From contig CM082581.2 in the NCBI GenBank assembly GCA_040954595.2, forward strand, positions 4,704,699 to 4,768,698: a stretch of DNA of 64,000 nucleotides. Direction: 5' to 3'. Within the stretch, counting starts at the first letter, position 1. Each line of letters opens with the position of its first letter. This document shows, piece after piece, positions 27,446 to 40,870 of the stretch. The notes under the pieces were generated by a model, which saw only the letters and a list, made by a program, of their open reading frames with translations, searched no databases and was not told where the DNA came from. A program made the position numbers and the translations under genes. This DNA is from Balanoglossus misakiensis. Taxonomy: Eukaryota > Animalia > Hemichordata.

Positions 27446-30400
27446 GGCCTAAAAGTGGTTCAAGCTGACGCGTACAATTTCGGGGGAGGGATGGGCATGA
27501 CAATAAAAGCCTGCTTATGATCTCTTCTTTTGTGTGATCTAAACCTACATATTACCCTCATGATCCCAGAAAGTGCCCGTGGTGTACCACCCGTAATTCA
27601 GAGATTCTCAGAAAACACCACAGGCGCATTCACTGATCACGAACATGATTAAATGAACACATTCTGTGCATAGGCACCCAAAGGCTGAAAATCTAGAAAT
27701 CTTGAATTTTGCGATACACAGCGTGAATCAAATAACCGATGGCTGCGTGGAGCGTGTTATCCGCGCTGAAACGACATTGTACTCGATACAGAAAGAGGCA
27801 TCGTTCAGAAGGGTAATTCAGTTATCGAATTTGGCACTAAACTATTCCAAAAGCTGGAAAATATATAAGGGACTTCATTCAATAAACAGCATTGCATATA
27901 GTAGCACCAAGTTTGTTAATATGTGTGCTTTAAAACCCGCATCTTTTAGTACATGTATATTTATTTGCATTTCAATACCTCCTGCCCATGTGCAAAGGGG
28001 GTTATCACTAAATCAAATAAATTACAAATACATGGTAAATGTGAAAACCGCATTGGTGTACCCGATTAAATTAAGGAATATAAAGTCAAGATCCTATAAA
28101 GATGTCACAGTACCACATGAGGAAGTAGACACGGTGTCATGTTAATTATTTGAATATGTACACGTATATGTATGTAACGTCGGCAACTGAACCAAAATAT
28201 GCCAACCCACCCGACTGTTCACGAAAAAGTTATAATGCTGAGATATCATGCATGTTTCTATTATACTTGATTTGTTATCAATGATGTTTCTTCGTGCAAT
28301 CGCACATACTTAAAACCATGAATTTATATTACATTAACATACACACACACACCACAGGTTGCCCATAAACTTGAAGTATAGACTAAGTATAAGAAGTGTT
28401 CGGATAATTGAAGAAAACGTCTTTGCCTTTCCTTGAGACTGAATAACGTTATCATTGTGCAAGCGGTTCGAAAGTGCCATCTTCTTCATGAACGTAAGTA
28501 GATTAGAACTTTTAGTTTCCATACCAACAGAATGTTTTGCTCATACGCTTATACAAATCTACCGAGACATACCACCTTTGCACAAGCAAGTACCGCAAAT
28601 CAAAAGTGAATGCATTATTTCTTAAGGTCAGCACAACTATCAGATAATCTTTCATTGTCAAATTCGCCAACTGTTGAATGTATTAACTCAGCCATAAGGT
28701 ATCGTATTTAACACACTGGTTCAGTACTCTTGTTAGTGACCGTAATATGGAAATTATCCTAGAAGGAGAAACAGGAGAGTGTCATTATTTGCACATCAGG
28801 GCAACCTGTTGTCTTGTTCACAAAGTATTGAACTGCATTCAGGAACTAAGGCGGATACATCAGTAAATCTAATGACGCGCAGTGGTTTTGGGACATTTTT
28901 CATATTTCTTTGGTCGGGTTAACTTACATGTAGGAAAATAATTGTCAGTGTTCTGTATAAAGTGAGACTCGCATCCGCATCTAATTTCTTCGGTCAGGGA
29001 AATTAGTAAGAAAAGGAGCGATCATGCACATATTGGGGAATTTAAAAAAAAATCGCGAATAAGTGGTCACCGATTAAATTACGGCAGATCACTTCGCTGT
29101 AGGCACCGTATACATGTAAGTCGTGTCACTGGCATGCCACAAATAGATATTCTTGTTTACTTCGAAATTTGAACAGAGCATATGGCCCGAAATACTTCGA
29201 ATATCATATTATGGTATCATGCGGTGAAAGACTCTTTCTCCGTTCGTCCCATCATCACCTCACAGCTTGATTTTCCGAACTGCCTCTTTTAGGCTTATTT
29301 ATTCCTACAGAACTTTTAAATGTTTGAAGTTGTATCAATCTGTCATGGACGTCTATTGCATTATGTCTCCTAATTCACACGATTTTCAGCATTTAAAATG
29401 TAGGAATTGTCAGTGTACAGTGACTTGTACAAAAATATTTCTCCCTACTTCTAATAGATTCTCTTGCTAGAATTATGATAGATATGTCTCTTGTCATTTC
29501 TACTTTCTTCCCTCATTCTTTGAGAATGACACTGCAAGCAACATGGACGAAACAAGTGAAATTGTATGTAACACTGGCCATTGAATTTGAATATTGTTTC
29601 TCCTTCAGCTCATTTTACTCAATTGAACTCGGCATTCATATTTCTCCAAAGAACTTCGGTGCCCTTGGGTCCCATGTTCTTGTTTTTTTTTATCTCGGAA
29701 ATTACATTTTTTTAAACATCCGCCTCGAAGTTCCAGTAATACAAATTGGTCGGTGGGTTTAACTTTCGATAGGTTAGTTCAGGTTATTGGAACCACATGA
29801 TTTTTCCCATTGGCCCAAGGCTATACTTAGGTCATACATTTGTAGCAGTGGTGTGCACAGTTAGTAACTGAGTGCTAGATTCGGCTTATGGTATCAAATC
29901 TTTTGAGTTTCAGTTAAAAGTGTACGTGTCGAATCTATTTTACCGACAGCACGTGTACGGTTCTGTGAATCTACGTCCAGGTATAAGGCCGAGCGAGATA
30001 GCTCTGCCGAACAAATGTATATAGGCTCACTCCTCCCTCCCCTGCTATATCCCTTTTCAAGAATCGTCGCTGGCGTGACATTATTAAAAAGCAAATGCGA
30101 ACGATATTGATTCATTAAGATAAAAGCATGGGATGACTTTAACCTTTCTACCAGGCTATATGACAAGAATGGGATTTTAATTTTACCGTTTTCAATTTCC
30201 TGTTGCCATCCAGTTACATTCAATTTCCACTGGCCTAGAGTATAACTTCCATCTTATTAAAAAACGGAGGAGTAATATACAAGATGAATTTCAGGTTAAA
30301 AGTGAAAATGGATTAGTGAATGTAGAAAGGGGACGGAAGGGGAACTGCAAGGAGTGGCGGCTGAAATAATGTGCTCAGAAGACCACCATACAGTGGGGAG

Positions 30401-30826
30401 ATCTTGTTCAGTTATGCGGTTTTCATTAGGCCAAAATAAAAAAAATATGTTTTGTACCTATTACCCGACCTACCCTAATTTTAACCCACCGACCCTAAAC
30501 ATTTTAGAGCTTCGTAAATCCGGGAGTTAAAAAAAACGATGTCAAATATACAACATTTACGAAAATTGCGCGAATCATGCGCGAACGGTGACGAAATCGC
30601 TCGGTGATTTTTCCCCACCAAATATGCTAATTTTCACCTGAGAGGTTTTATATCCTAAACCAAATAACCCCGCTAGCCGTTTATAATCTCTAAACAATCC
30701 AAAGCTGTTTCGAATAATGCTAATATTATCTGCTGCCAGGTGTTTTCAGGATAAAACTCCCACTTGTGTCAATCAATCCAAGAATGGATGTGAACCATGA
30801 CTTGAAATCAATACTTTGTGACGTGG

Positions 30827-30827
<1 letters not shown>

Positions 30828-30864
<37 letters not shown>

Positions 30865-30910
30865 TCAGTGAGATGTTAGTCATGTGTGTGGACTCACGTG
30901 AGTTAACTAC
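30828..30910 (+). mobile_element. (GACA)n tract plus short hairpin-like segment, possibly the end of a Helentron/DINE-type element
   Basis: (GACA)n at 30828-30864 then ...gactcacgtgagttaa; the layout resembles non-autonomous Helentrons (inference only). Confidence 0.3.
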
Positions 30911-33739
30911 TCTATTCCACAGTCAAATTACAGTAAAGTATTGAAATATGTTGGCGGTGATATTATGATCCAAATGTGAACCGAATGTAAATTGTGCTCT
31001 TCTATATAGCAATCGGATATTTGTCTGTGTCGCAAATCTCTAGCGTTAAGAAGGATGATATTACTTTACAGTATCTAATAGTAACGCAAACCATTTTGAC
31101 CCAATAAAAGCGGATCAGTCAGTAATACGTTTTTATCGTTATTAGATATCTGTTAATGCCTTATACCTATCACTGTACATTTCCACCGGGAATGTGGAGA
31201 TAAACATTATTAAAGTTATCTCGATGGCAAGGTTTGTGTGCTGAGCAATGCTGGTTAGCATGACAACGTTCACTCCCGCGTTGTCTGGCTTTCTAATATT
31301 AAGTTGTATAACAGGGCGATTGTGATTAGTTACATTTTTGACTGCGATGCAGTTGTGTTACATTTGTATAAATGTCGTTCTGACAAGCTGGTCCAAATAT
31401 TCTAAATCAACGTTGCAGTTTTAATACGAGTTAGATCAACACTACCATCTTCATAAACACCAATGTCTCTGGGGGAATGATATACGTGCGTAGAATTCAT
31501 GTAAATGAGTATCACCATGCACTTAACACAATTGTAGATTATTCGAATTAATCTTATCTATTTAATTCATTGTCGCACACCATGCCGTTTTTATACTGTT
31601 GTCACGTTTCACATTCAGGCAACATTAATAAGAACATGCTTTCTCCAACTCACGGTGAAATGATTATTTTTGTAAATTATAACCTGCGCGAAAGGTAAGC
31701 TTGTGATGATAAATCTTTCAAAACATCAAATTGTAACATATCATGTGTATATTTCTTCTTACCTTAAAATTTGTGCATAAGAATAATGCTAAAATGTCGA
31801 CCCGTAGTTACAGCTGATCCAGTCATACCAGTCCTGTCAAACATGCATTATTTTGTACATCTGGGTTAATTCCATCAAATTCAAATTTTAATTTTCCAAA
31901 CATATATAGTGTACAACTGTATATAATTATGTGCTATCCGACATCCTTCTGGCATTTCCTGACATAACGAGGCCGCGTTCGACATTTGAACGTCCAATTA
32001 CATTTTCATCATCTACCTTGTCGATATTAAAGCATTTTATTGCATCTCACGCAGTATTCTTTATTCGTAACACGTGTTATTATTTAAACATTAAATGTTA
32101 GAGTGTGCGAGAAAGTAAAGCCCATGCTTATCATAACGGTAATTTTCTCGCTGATAGTTCGTCAGACGGTGTCGTGGCAGTCTGATCTTAGTTTTTTGCA
32201 TGATCGAGAAAAGTTGTAGCCCTCATGATGAAAGAAATGTCGTTCCCAATGCAGATGATTGATGGCTGTATAATAAAATAATATCCATCTGACCGGCGTA
32301 TTTCATAACGCCAGAGGATAATTACGATATTTTGATGTTCATTTTCGACAAATAACATGTTTCTTATACTCTAGGAGCTCAACATAAGTTCGCGCGCTCG
32401 GTGGGTGTCAAATGAAAGAAGGTAATGCGTGACGAATATGACACTCTTCAACGTTCGACCTTAGCCATTACTCTTGCAGCTATACACCGAAACACTGTAC
32501 AAGCAATAAATAATTAAGTGCTAAATGAAAGTAAGCGACGGTTTAAATTCCTGTCTTTGCTTTCCTTGTGTGTAAAAAAATATTATAGTTTGGTTGTGGC
32601 TCTCAAGGTTTTCCGCCGTGTAACTTTGCGGTTCATCGTTTATGTGTACGTTTTGATGAGAATTTGATCCAAAGACCATGTTTGTTTTGAATTCACATAT
32701 ATCTTACACGTGCTGTTCTCAAGCGGTCATGGTTAATCAAATCTAAGGAAACTGACGATGGAGGCGAGATCACTTTGTGAAGTCTCAATTGCCATGGATA
32801 CGTACAAAGCATTAGTAATTGATATCCTCGTACGATCAGTTTTGATTTTCAGAACATCAATTGGCCATTACTGAAGGATTCCATTTATGGTGGAAAAAGA
32901 TAAAAGCCTGTCAAACGATACTATCATCACATTTTATCAATGGAATTTATCGTTTATTCGACGAGTCTGTGATACGTGCCTGGGAACAGCATATCGCGTT
33001 TCCTTGAAGCGGAGACGTACAATGTGCCTTTCGAAAACAGAAAACAAATCCATGATAATAAATGCTCTCCAAATTAAATCTAATCATCTGTATCAATAGT
33101 TATGAAAGCATCCCTACGTTAGTGTGATACATTATCATGCGACGTATATATTGAAAACTACATTTTTCTGAAGATGTTTCAATTGAATAAGCATTCATGT
33201 ATTTGTATTGTGGATTTTTCTTCATGTTTTGCTGTATGTTGAGAACTTAGAAAATGTTACTTCAAATCATGGATTACTATTGCATAAAAATGTTAAAAAC
33301 TGTACAGCCCCGCCCTTCAGTCAGAAAACTAGAATTGATAATGCATATATAAAACATTCGTATCAGCCTTTCCAGACTTCGACGGTACATTGTTAAAGAT
33401 AGAAACGCTAAAACACCGTGATTTAATTTCCTGATGTTTTTTTATGGGGGAGGGGGCTTCCCTTAAGACGTCCTTGCAAAGGTAATCTGCCAAGCACAGA
33501 GGCACACTCACTGTACATTCTATTCTCTCTGCTCGTGTCAATTTGTGGACGCACCCTTTGGGAGCAATTACATAGCAAAACCGAATGTAATTTCTTATCA
33601 AAGACTTGTATTGAATGATAAAAGATTTCGTTTCTTTGCACAAAACGTTATACTAGTAGTTAAACAATTTCGTCATTATTAATAAGGCCTTCAGTCTGCC
33701 TGTGACAACCTGCAGCGTTCTTAACAAAATCAGGCAATA

Positions 33740-33801
33740 CAATATACAGACTTTAAAGTAATTTACCAAACAATATACAGACTTTAAAGTAATTTACCAA
33801 A
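33740..33801. repeat. Perfect 31-bp tandem duplication
   Basis: caatatacagactttaaagtaatttaccaaa occurs twice in a row. Confidence 0.9.
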
Positions 33802-34789
33802 AGTTTGCAGACCTTCCTTTAAATTACCCAAACCTCTTCCTAGACATTTTACGGGCAGTCGCAGTCGTCTTGAGAGGTTTAAAGAACGGACCCCACTTCT
33901 CCATGAAAACTAATATGTTTTCTCGATCACCAACTCGGTCATGTCAAACGAAATGCCTTTCTCACATAACATTTGTACGGTGCGGGTGGCCTGTCTGTGC
34001 ATTATATGAAATCATGGAGCATAGTCTGGACAGTCTGACAGCACCTTTTAGCAGAAGGGACAGCGCATAGAATGAAAAGAAGCCGCCTGTATATTGACTG
34101 AGCTTCACAATGGCAGAGCAATTACAATTATTTGGCGAAACGACACATACGGAGGAAGCCGTATTCATCGACTAATTTGTAATCTTTGCCAATGCTTTTG
34201 TGTCGTCGGGTGTACCGTGGCTCTTGAATTTCCTGTTTTGATCAAAATGCCAGAATTATGGGCGGAAGATGCTTGCAGCCACTTGTTCATTTCAGAGCGT
34301 GTTAAAAGGAGTCTCTCTAAAATTTACTGAACTGAAAAGCCTAGAGTACGACGCGTGAGACCGTGGGCGTACACCTTTTTTTTCTGGAAGCTCTTGACGG
34401 GTTCCGCGTTTTAACCTTTGTTTGACTGAACTAGCACGGTTAGAAACAGGATGGCGGGGAAAATTCTACAGGGTTATGTGTTGGCACACTTTTAACAATC
34501 AATCCAGCACTTTTGGCCAACCAGAAAAAGAAAATTATCAATTTACTAGCGTATTCCCCAGATGGTGTTATTGCAAATAAAATACACATGAGCCTTGGGA
34601 TATTCAGTACAGTGGATGTGAAATATCAACAACAGCTCTAGCGCCTTGTTAAGCGAATGTGAGCGTAAAAGTAATAACAAGATATTTCTCCAAGGGAACT
34701 CTTAGGCAATGTGTCACTAGCTCATACAATGTAGGTAAATCGTGATATACTTACAGAAAGGCAGAATATGCTTTGACGCTTGTTAATAA

Positions 34790-34979
34790 AAGGTATACGG
34801 TCACCCATGCAAATTTAATCAGTGTTACGATGAAAAGTTGAAATATAGCCAATCACAGATTTACAGTGGGTGGCACTTGCGTAAAAAGTGCGCCACTATA
34901 ATACATGCTCATTCGAATACTTAGACGGCCTTTTTGACCATATATAGGCATATGTAAATAAGAAGTGACCGTATACCTT
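34790..34979. mobile_element. 190-bp MITE-like element with perfect 15-bp terminal inverted repeats
   Basis: aaggtatacggtcac (34790-34804) and gtgaccgtatacctt (34965-34979); a related copy lies at 36672-36861. Confidence 0.8.
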
Positions 34980-36671
34980 AATAAAAATAGACCTGTAAAA
35001 GTTTTACTGAGTTGTTTTCTTTTCCGTTTATCATATTCATATTAGTCGTGCAGATCAGCGGACAGGCGAAGGATTAGTGCCCAAGCAACATTAAATCATA
35101 TGTACCAAACAGGGAATTTTTTGCAATATCATATGGTAACATTATGCCAAAAGGTTAGAATGATTGCATTGTGGATACCAAGTCACTGATTGGGGAGTTT
35201 TCAGTGTTTATGAGGGGAGGACCAGACGATTTGGTGGGTCTACGATTTAGCGGGTCTACAAAAAGGAAACATGTACGCTGACGTCACGTAAACACATCGT
35301 CGTAAACCGCCGGCCTCTTTACGCAACTGTTTCTGAAGTATTGAAGCTCTTGCTCGCGAGAATAAACGTGACTGGCACACGCGTGAGCAGAAAATACGGC
35401 AACTTACTCAGGCGAGATGAGAGTTCAAAAACAACTTTTTGACGCAACTTGAACACGATGCATCTGCATGATAGGAGGAGACGATGCATCGCAATTTCTC
35501 AATTAGATTTGTAAATTGACAAAGTGCTTTGCGGTGTTATTGCGATAAAGTGTTCTTGATAAAACTCACAAAAACTAAAAGAACGAAAGTGATACATGCA
35601 TATGAACATGGCTCCCCTGGGAGAGCCTAACAAAACAACAATACTGTATCACTGACCGACCTTAAAGTGAACTGTATCATTTTGACCTTGCGTTTTCAAA
35701 CATAGAGAACAGTACATGAATACGTCGAAACTCCAACCGAACTATATGATCTCGTTTCCACCTCTTAAGACCACAAAAAGTGTAACATTTAGAACGGAAA
35801 AAAAGTACCCGGGATTTTAGTTGGAGAATACTCACATGAACCTCATAGGCTACCTTGAGTTCCGAAATCATCTCATCCTTCAACTCATTAATTTTTGACA
35901 GAAATTATTATTAGGATACAAGAAAACATTTACAACACGAACGTATCATTTGGATGATATTTCTACATGTATGGGGGACGCACACAACTTGTTAGTTTTT
36001 AATGACAGTATTCTATATTCACAGGAGGATTTAGACCAGGCAGAAGATCACACAATGTAAACACGATTACTATATATTTCGGAAACATGATTTAACTAGA
36101 CATGTACTTATTTTTGAAAATAAAATTGAATTGGGATCCATTCGTCACGCGTTCCTCAGGCCGTAAGCTAAAAGATGAGGAGACGTCTTACATAGTGCTT
36201 TGCTCAAGGCTCTCAGCGTCACTGACTGATTCGGTAAATCCAAACTGCGCAGGCGTCGGCTCATCTCATCCCGACGGATGATGTATCGGGTGTCGATGTA
36301 TTGCTCGATATAAATTCAGGCAAGAGGCAAAATGCGGTCGTGCGTTATCACATCGCAAAGTGGTCTGACGTCGCTCGGCTTGAATGGAAAACAGCATGTT
36401 TTGATGGAATAAAATCTCACAAGAGTTCTTTATCACTTTGGTCCAAGTCCATCAGGCGCCTGTGTATAGAAATTGTATCATGCATCTGGAGTGGCTATGA
36501 TTCCCGATACTGACCTTGGCAACCGGTTATTGTCAGCTTCTATATGCCCTTTAGCTTTACGGTCAGTGGAATGGGACATTTATTTATAATTGGCCTACTC
36601 CGGAATGAAATGTCGCACGTAGACCACTGCAGTGTTCTATGTAAAAGAGACGCGGGATTAGTCTCGTGTTA

Positions 36672-36861
36672 AAGGTATACTATCACCTCCAATTTACATA
36701 CGCCTATATATGACAGAAATGGCATATTTATGAGTGTTCTAAAGAACATATGTCGGTGCTCTTTTTTTTCGCGTGTGCCACCCACTGAAAATCTGTGATT
36801 GGCTAGATCTCAATTTGCCATGGTAACTGTAGCTATATTTGCAAAAGTAACCGTATACCTT
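36672..36861. mobile_element. Second, diverged copy of the 190-bp MITE in opposite orientation
   Basis: aaggtatac...gtatacctt ends; internal gtgccacccactg and aatctgtgattggcta are reverse complements of copy 1. Confidence 0.75.
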
Positions 36862-38609
36862 AGTAAGCTTAGTAAACTATATACGCACATGAGTGAGCAC
36901 GTTCATTTCTAAGGCCGGTTTTCTCCGGTTATTTTTTGTACCGGGTATGTCCAAATTCTGCATTACACCTATCTAATTTTGATTGTCGATATTGTGTCAT
37001 TCAATCATATTTCCGAAAAATAAAATGTAGAAATGTTAATATATGCGTGTTTTGCTCATTTTGAAAGCGTACATGTGAAAACACGATGCACCACAAGTGC
37101 GACCTCTACTTCATGTAGTTATCGATGACGGTGCACTATCATATTTTGCCGTTTCGCCTATTGCATGAAATTGTGTTCAAATATTTATTTGGCGCTGATC
37201 AGAAACTGGCAACACCAGAATTCAATTTTAGGCGAACAAAGCCATTACTCACACAGGGAAAACGTGCTAGTATTCCCAGTCATCTATCCAACATAATCAG
37301 AGTGGATAATGTAAAATACATTCCAGGCTCTAGGATTCTGTTGATACTGAACGTACATTTGGTGCTAAGACTTTTTTTAAAATTTAATGATAATATTCAT
37401 CAAATGTATCCGTTTGGATTTAGATAACGATGATGTAAGTTGAAGGTGTGTCGTTAAACTCAAACCGATGATTAATAATAAAAACTACTAATCAAATGCA
37501 CAAATCACTTCTTTGGTTTCTTTAATTGGTTCATTGATTACCTTGTTTGTTATGTCAGCGCGTGAAAGAAGGCAATGAAGGTACCTTGTGAGGTTCGTGA
37601 CAACATAAACGTGTTGTACTAGGGCGATCACGATTCCTGATTTACCCTGCACGACTGAGGTACCTATACTTTTTACCGGCAGGAAACGGTACAATACGGT
37701 CTCATGGGTAGAATATGCAATATTGTGGTAATAGGGAAGGTTATTCAAGCGAGTAAAAAGCTTGCAAAAATCGTCCTTAACCTTTGAGGGTGAACGTGCG
37801 ATCCATTCCACTTCGTTTGCTTAATGCGCACGAGTTGACTTCTGAAATAGACGTATAAAGTACCGTTACACTTATATAACACGCAAGGTGTAAAATTGAC
37901 GAAAAAATCAATTGTTCAAAAGCACACTGACTCATACACAATTTTACAAGCATGCATAATGCAATACATAACGTTCACGGTAAATGTGTGAAAGTTGAAT
38001 ACGATATAGTGTGAAAACAGTGAATTAATATCTCGAATCACAGTATAGGAAGACCCCGGGGATATATCCGGGGATTTCTTACGAAAATGTCAATTCCTTG
38101 TTGTTGTTTTGGGGATATTCAGGGCTTATACTGCTTTCAATTTCCAAGAACTGATTTCACTGTGTACGTGATGGTCCGTAGAGGGCGTCCTGTGGAAAGT
38201 TTAAATCGCGCTATTACATGGGCCATTAGCTGTAACTTTTGGCTTTAATTCCAGTATTTTTGTTCTGTTCATCAAATGTTACTCAGTACTCCACCTGTCA
38301 ACATAGCCAGCCTGTGTGTGATTAATGGCCATTGTTATTGTTGACAAATGAACTGTGGTCTGGACTTGGATTCAAAGTTTGCACACTGAATAACAATGTT
38401 GATTATAACATATGTATTGTGCTGATAAGCTAAGTGCTTGACAATACCAAAAGTTCGGTAAATTTGTAAAATTTGAATACGTCTAGAAAGTTTCATAGAT
38501 AAGGAAACATCAGTGACTATTTGATTGAAGTAGAGAAATCAAACATTCTAGTTGTACTTTCAAACATTCCGTTTACAACGTCCATAATCCCGGGCCTGTG
38601 TTTCCACAG

Positions 38610-39711
38610 GACGCCCTCTACGAGAAGAAAATAAACAACGAAGGACCGGGTGCAACACCCGCAGGTTATGGCGGGAAAATTCCAGAACGTTCGAATTGGC
38701 TACATTCTGGCGCCTTCGACTCGAACGGTAAACGAGGCAATGACGAAAATCTGAACAACATTCCTCAGATTCGCCGTATGGACGTGGCAGACGTCCAACT
38801 CCAACACGACCTGAAAGAAGCCCAGCACCAATACATAACGACAGCAGCAATTCTAGCTCACGACGCGGTAAGTGTCGGCGTTTTCAGACCAGGAAAGACA
38901 ATCAGAATGCAGTAATGTCATTTGGGCCACATACATATCACTGGTTGGGCGTTCGGTCACGCACTTTGCCGCTGCAGAGCCCGAGGGCCCATCCACGTAT
39001 ATCTTCATAACACTTGACAAAAATACCAACCCCAATACAATGGAAGCTGGTATGATTTTTTAGTTTTCATAATATTGGGTATTTGGCTAGGGTTTGTGAG
39101 TGCAGGACATGATATCGCGTCCTACGTCCCCGATCTTATGGCCCCAGAGACTGAAGCCCCCCCCCCCCCAAACGCCCATGTAATGAAGTATATGACCTTG
39201 GGGTCCACACGTTTGGTCAGTCAGTTTGTAACATTCAATTAAGAGACCGCATACATCAAAGTAAGAAACAAAAGAACGTCACATGGTAATGATGACACGA
39301 TGGGCTATGGAAAATAAGAGGCACGGTTTGAAAAATCGGCACTAGGCAAAGAGTGGTACAAGTTAGACAATTTCACTGAGATTGCTGGTACATGGAGACT
39401 AATGGGTACTGAAATTGTCCAGTCGTCAGTTATTGGGTTCACATTGTATAATGGTACCTGTATGGCAGATATAGAGAGGCCTTTGGCCAGTTTACTGGCG
39501 GGTTGTGTTCACTTTGTGTATTAGAGACTATTAACAACATTTACCAGAGTGTCGACCAGACGTCGCGTGGCTCAAGGGGAGCCATCGTACCCCCAAAACA
39601 TCCAGGTACTACACGCGGGTCCATTCAGGGATCTGTGCGCCTCCTGTTAGCAGGTGGACCTTTCTGCAGATCAAGTGTCCAGAATGTAGTCTGCAGACTA
39701 CCCAAAGTTAA
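38610..39711 (+). other. Orphan exon-like segments (38610-38867, 38888-39049, 39548-39711) of an unidentified gene or pseudogene
   Basis: GC-richer than the flanks, canonical acceptors/donors, open frames; no family recognised. Confidence 0.35.
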
Positions 39712-40777
39712 GGTCGACTACATAACAACTTTAAACGGTACAATTCCAAGTTGTTAATTGCAAGATAACCCTTGGTGTTTTTGCTTTTGCAATCAAGTTG
39801 CCAACACGTGACTCACTTTTGTAAATGTATATTCATATAATACTCATTATGACATTATCAAACGTATACATTGTTTAGGTGTTTACTTTTCTTCAAATAG
39901 GTTTAATAGGGAACATACGTCTTATGGAAGACTCCACTCTCTAATATCATCTATGAAAACCCATGGGGACATCCAGTAATACTTAAAGTTATTTAAAAGA
40001 GTATACAGGTCCTCCAATTGCGGTTGTTAGAATTTAGTATATATGTTTCAAAATAATACAACTGCAAACACATATGAATATAAAACATCCATTTCTTGAG
40101 TACCATAAAACAAGTACATGTAAATACTGCTCACAGTGTATATTTAGCTTCAATTTCGTATTATACATATTATGTCAACAAAGTGGGTGTTTTTTTCCAA
40201 ATACATACGGGAATAGAACGAGAATGTAGTTGGCATTTGTAAAATACATGTACTTGAATAAATAAAACAGATTTAACAAAATTACGTTTCCAGTGACATT
40301 TCAATAAACGTTTTTCTTCGTAATTTATATTCATTTAAAGGAAATATTATACATGTATATATTTTTTGAAAACCATTATTTGTCAATAAAGAAACAGCTG
40401 TTTACATTTCTCTACACGTATGCAATGAACTAACTAGGGTTCACTCGTAATATTCTGTTCATTCACACTAAACACAGTGATACACATTTCTTGAGTATAA
40501 GTATATACTTTGCAACCTTAGTAAACTGGAAACGTAAAAAGATGGAGCAACTGTGTGCCCCTATACTTGTAAAGGCAGCTTAATACAAGTATTGTATGTT
40601 TCAAACTAAAACTGATCAAAACAATATGAAGAATTGCGACAAATTTGACATTAAGATGGGGTTTCCATCATTATAACTTGAAATGGAAGTGGTCGATGGA
40701 GTGTTGGTCGGACGAGCACTTATTGAAGATGTACGTTGTTTGGAATGCTGATTTCGGTTAACAAGTAGAACTTTTCT

Positions 40778-40870
40778 CTATTGGGTTGGTTGTTGAAACC
40801 AAGCCCTAGGGATATTGAATGCCTTGCCGGTATCAATGCCACCAAAACCATCGTACGCTCCAGCATCACC
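40778..40870 (-). CDS. Terminal exon of the mucin gene (GDAGAYDGFGGIDTGKAFNIPRAWFQQPTQ*)
   Basis: Acceptor ttttatag, phase 0, TAG at 40780-40778. Confidence 0.8.
   Translation of the reverse strand, partial: GDAGAYDGFGGIDTGKAFNIPRAWFQQPTQ

Noticed and set aside
30426-30505. Possible DNA transposon terminus (taggccaaaat...ccgacctaccctaattt)
   Set aside because: No matching opposite terminus or target-site duplication was found in the window.
22000-38500. Many 60-160-aa ORFs in this interval and in 53000-64000
   Set aside because: Mostly non-ATG starts, AT-rich, no motifs and no consistent splice chain; consistent with random ORFs.
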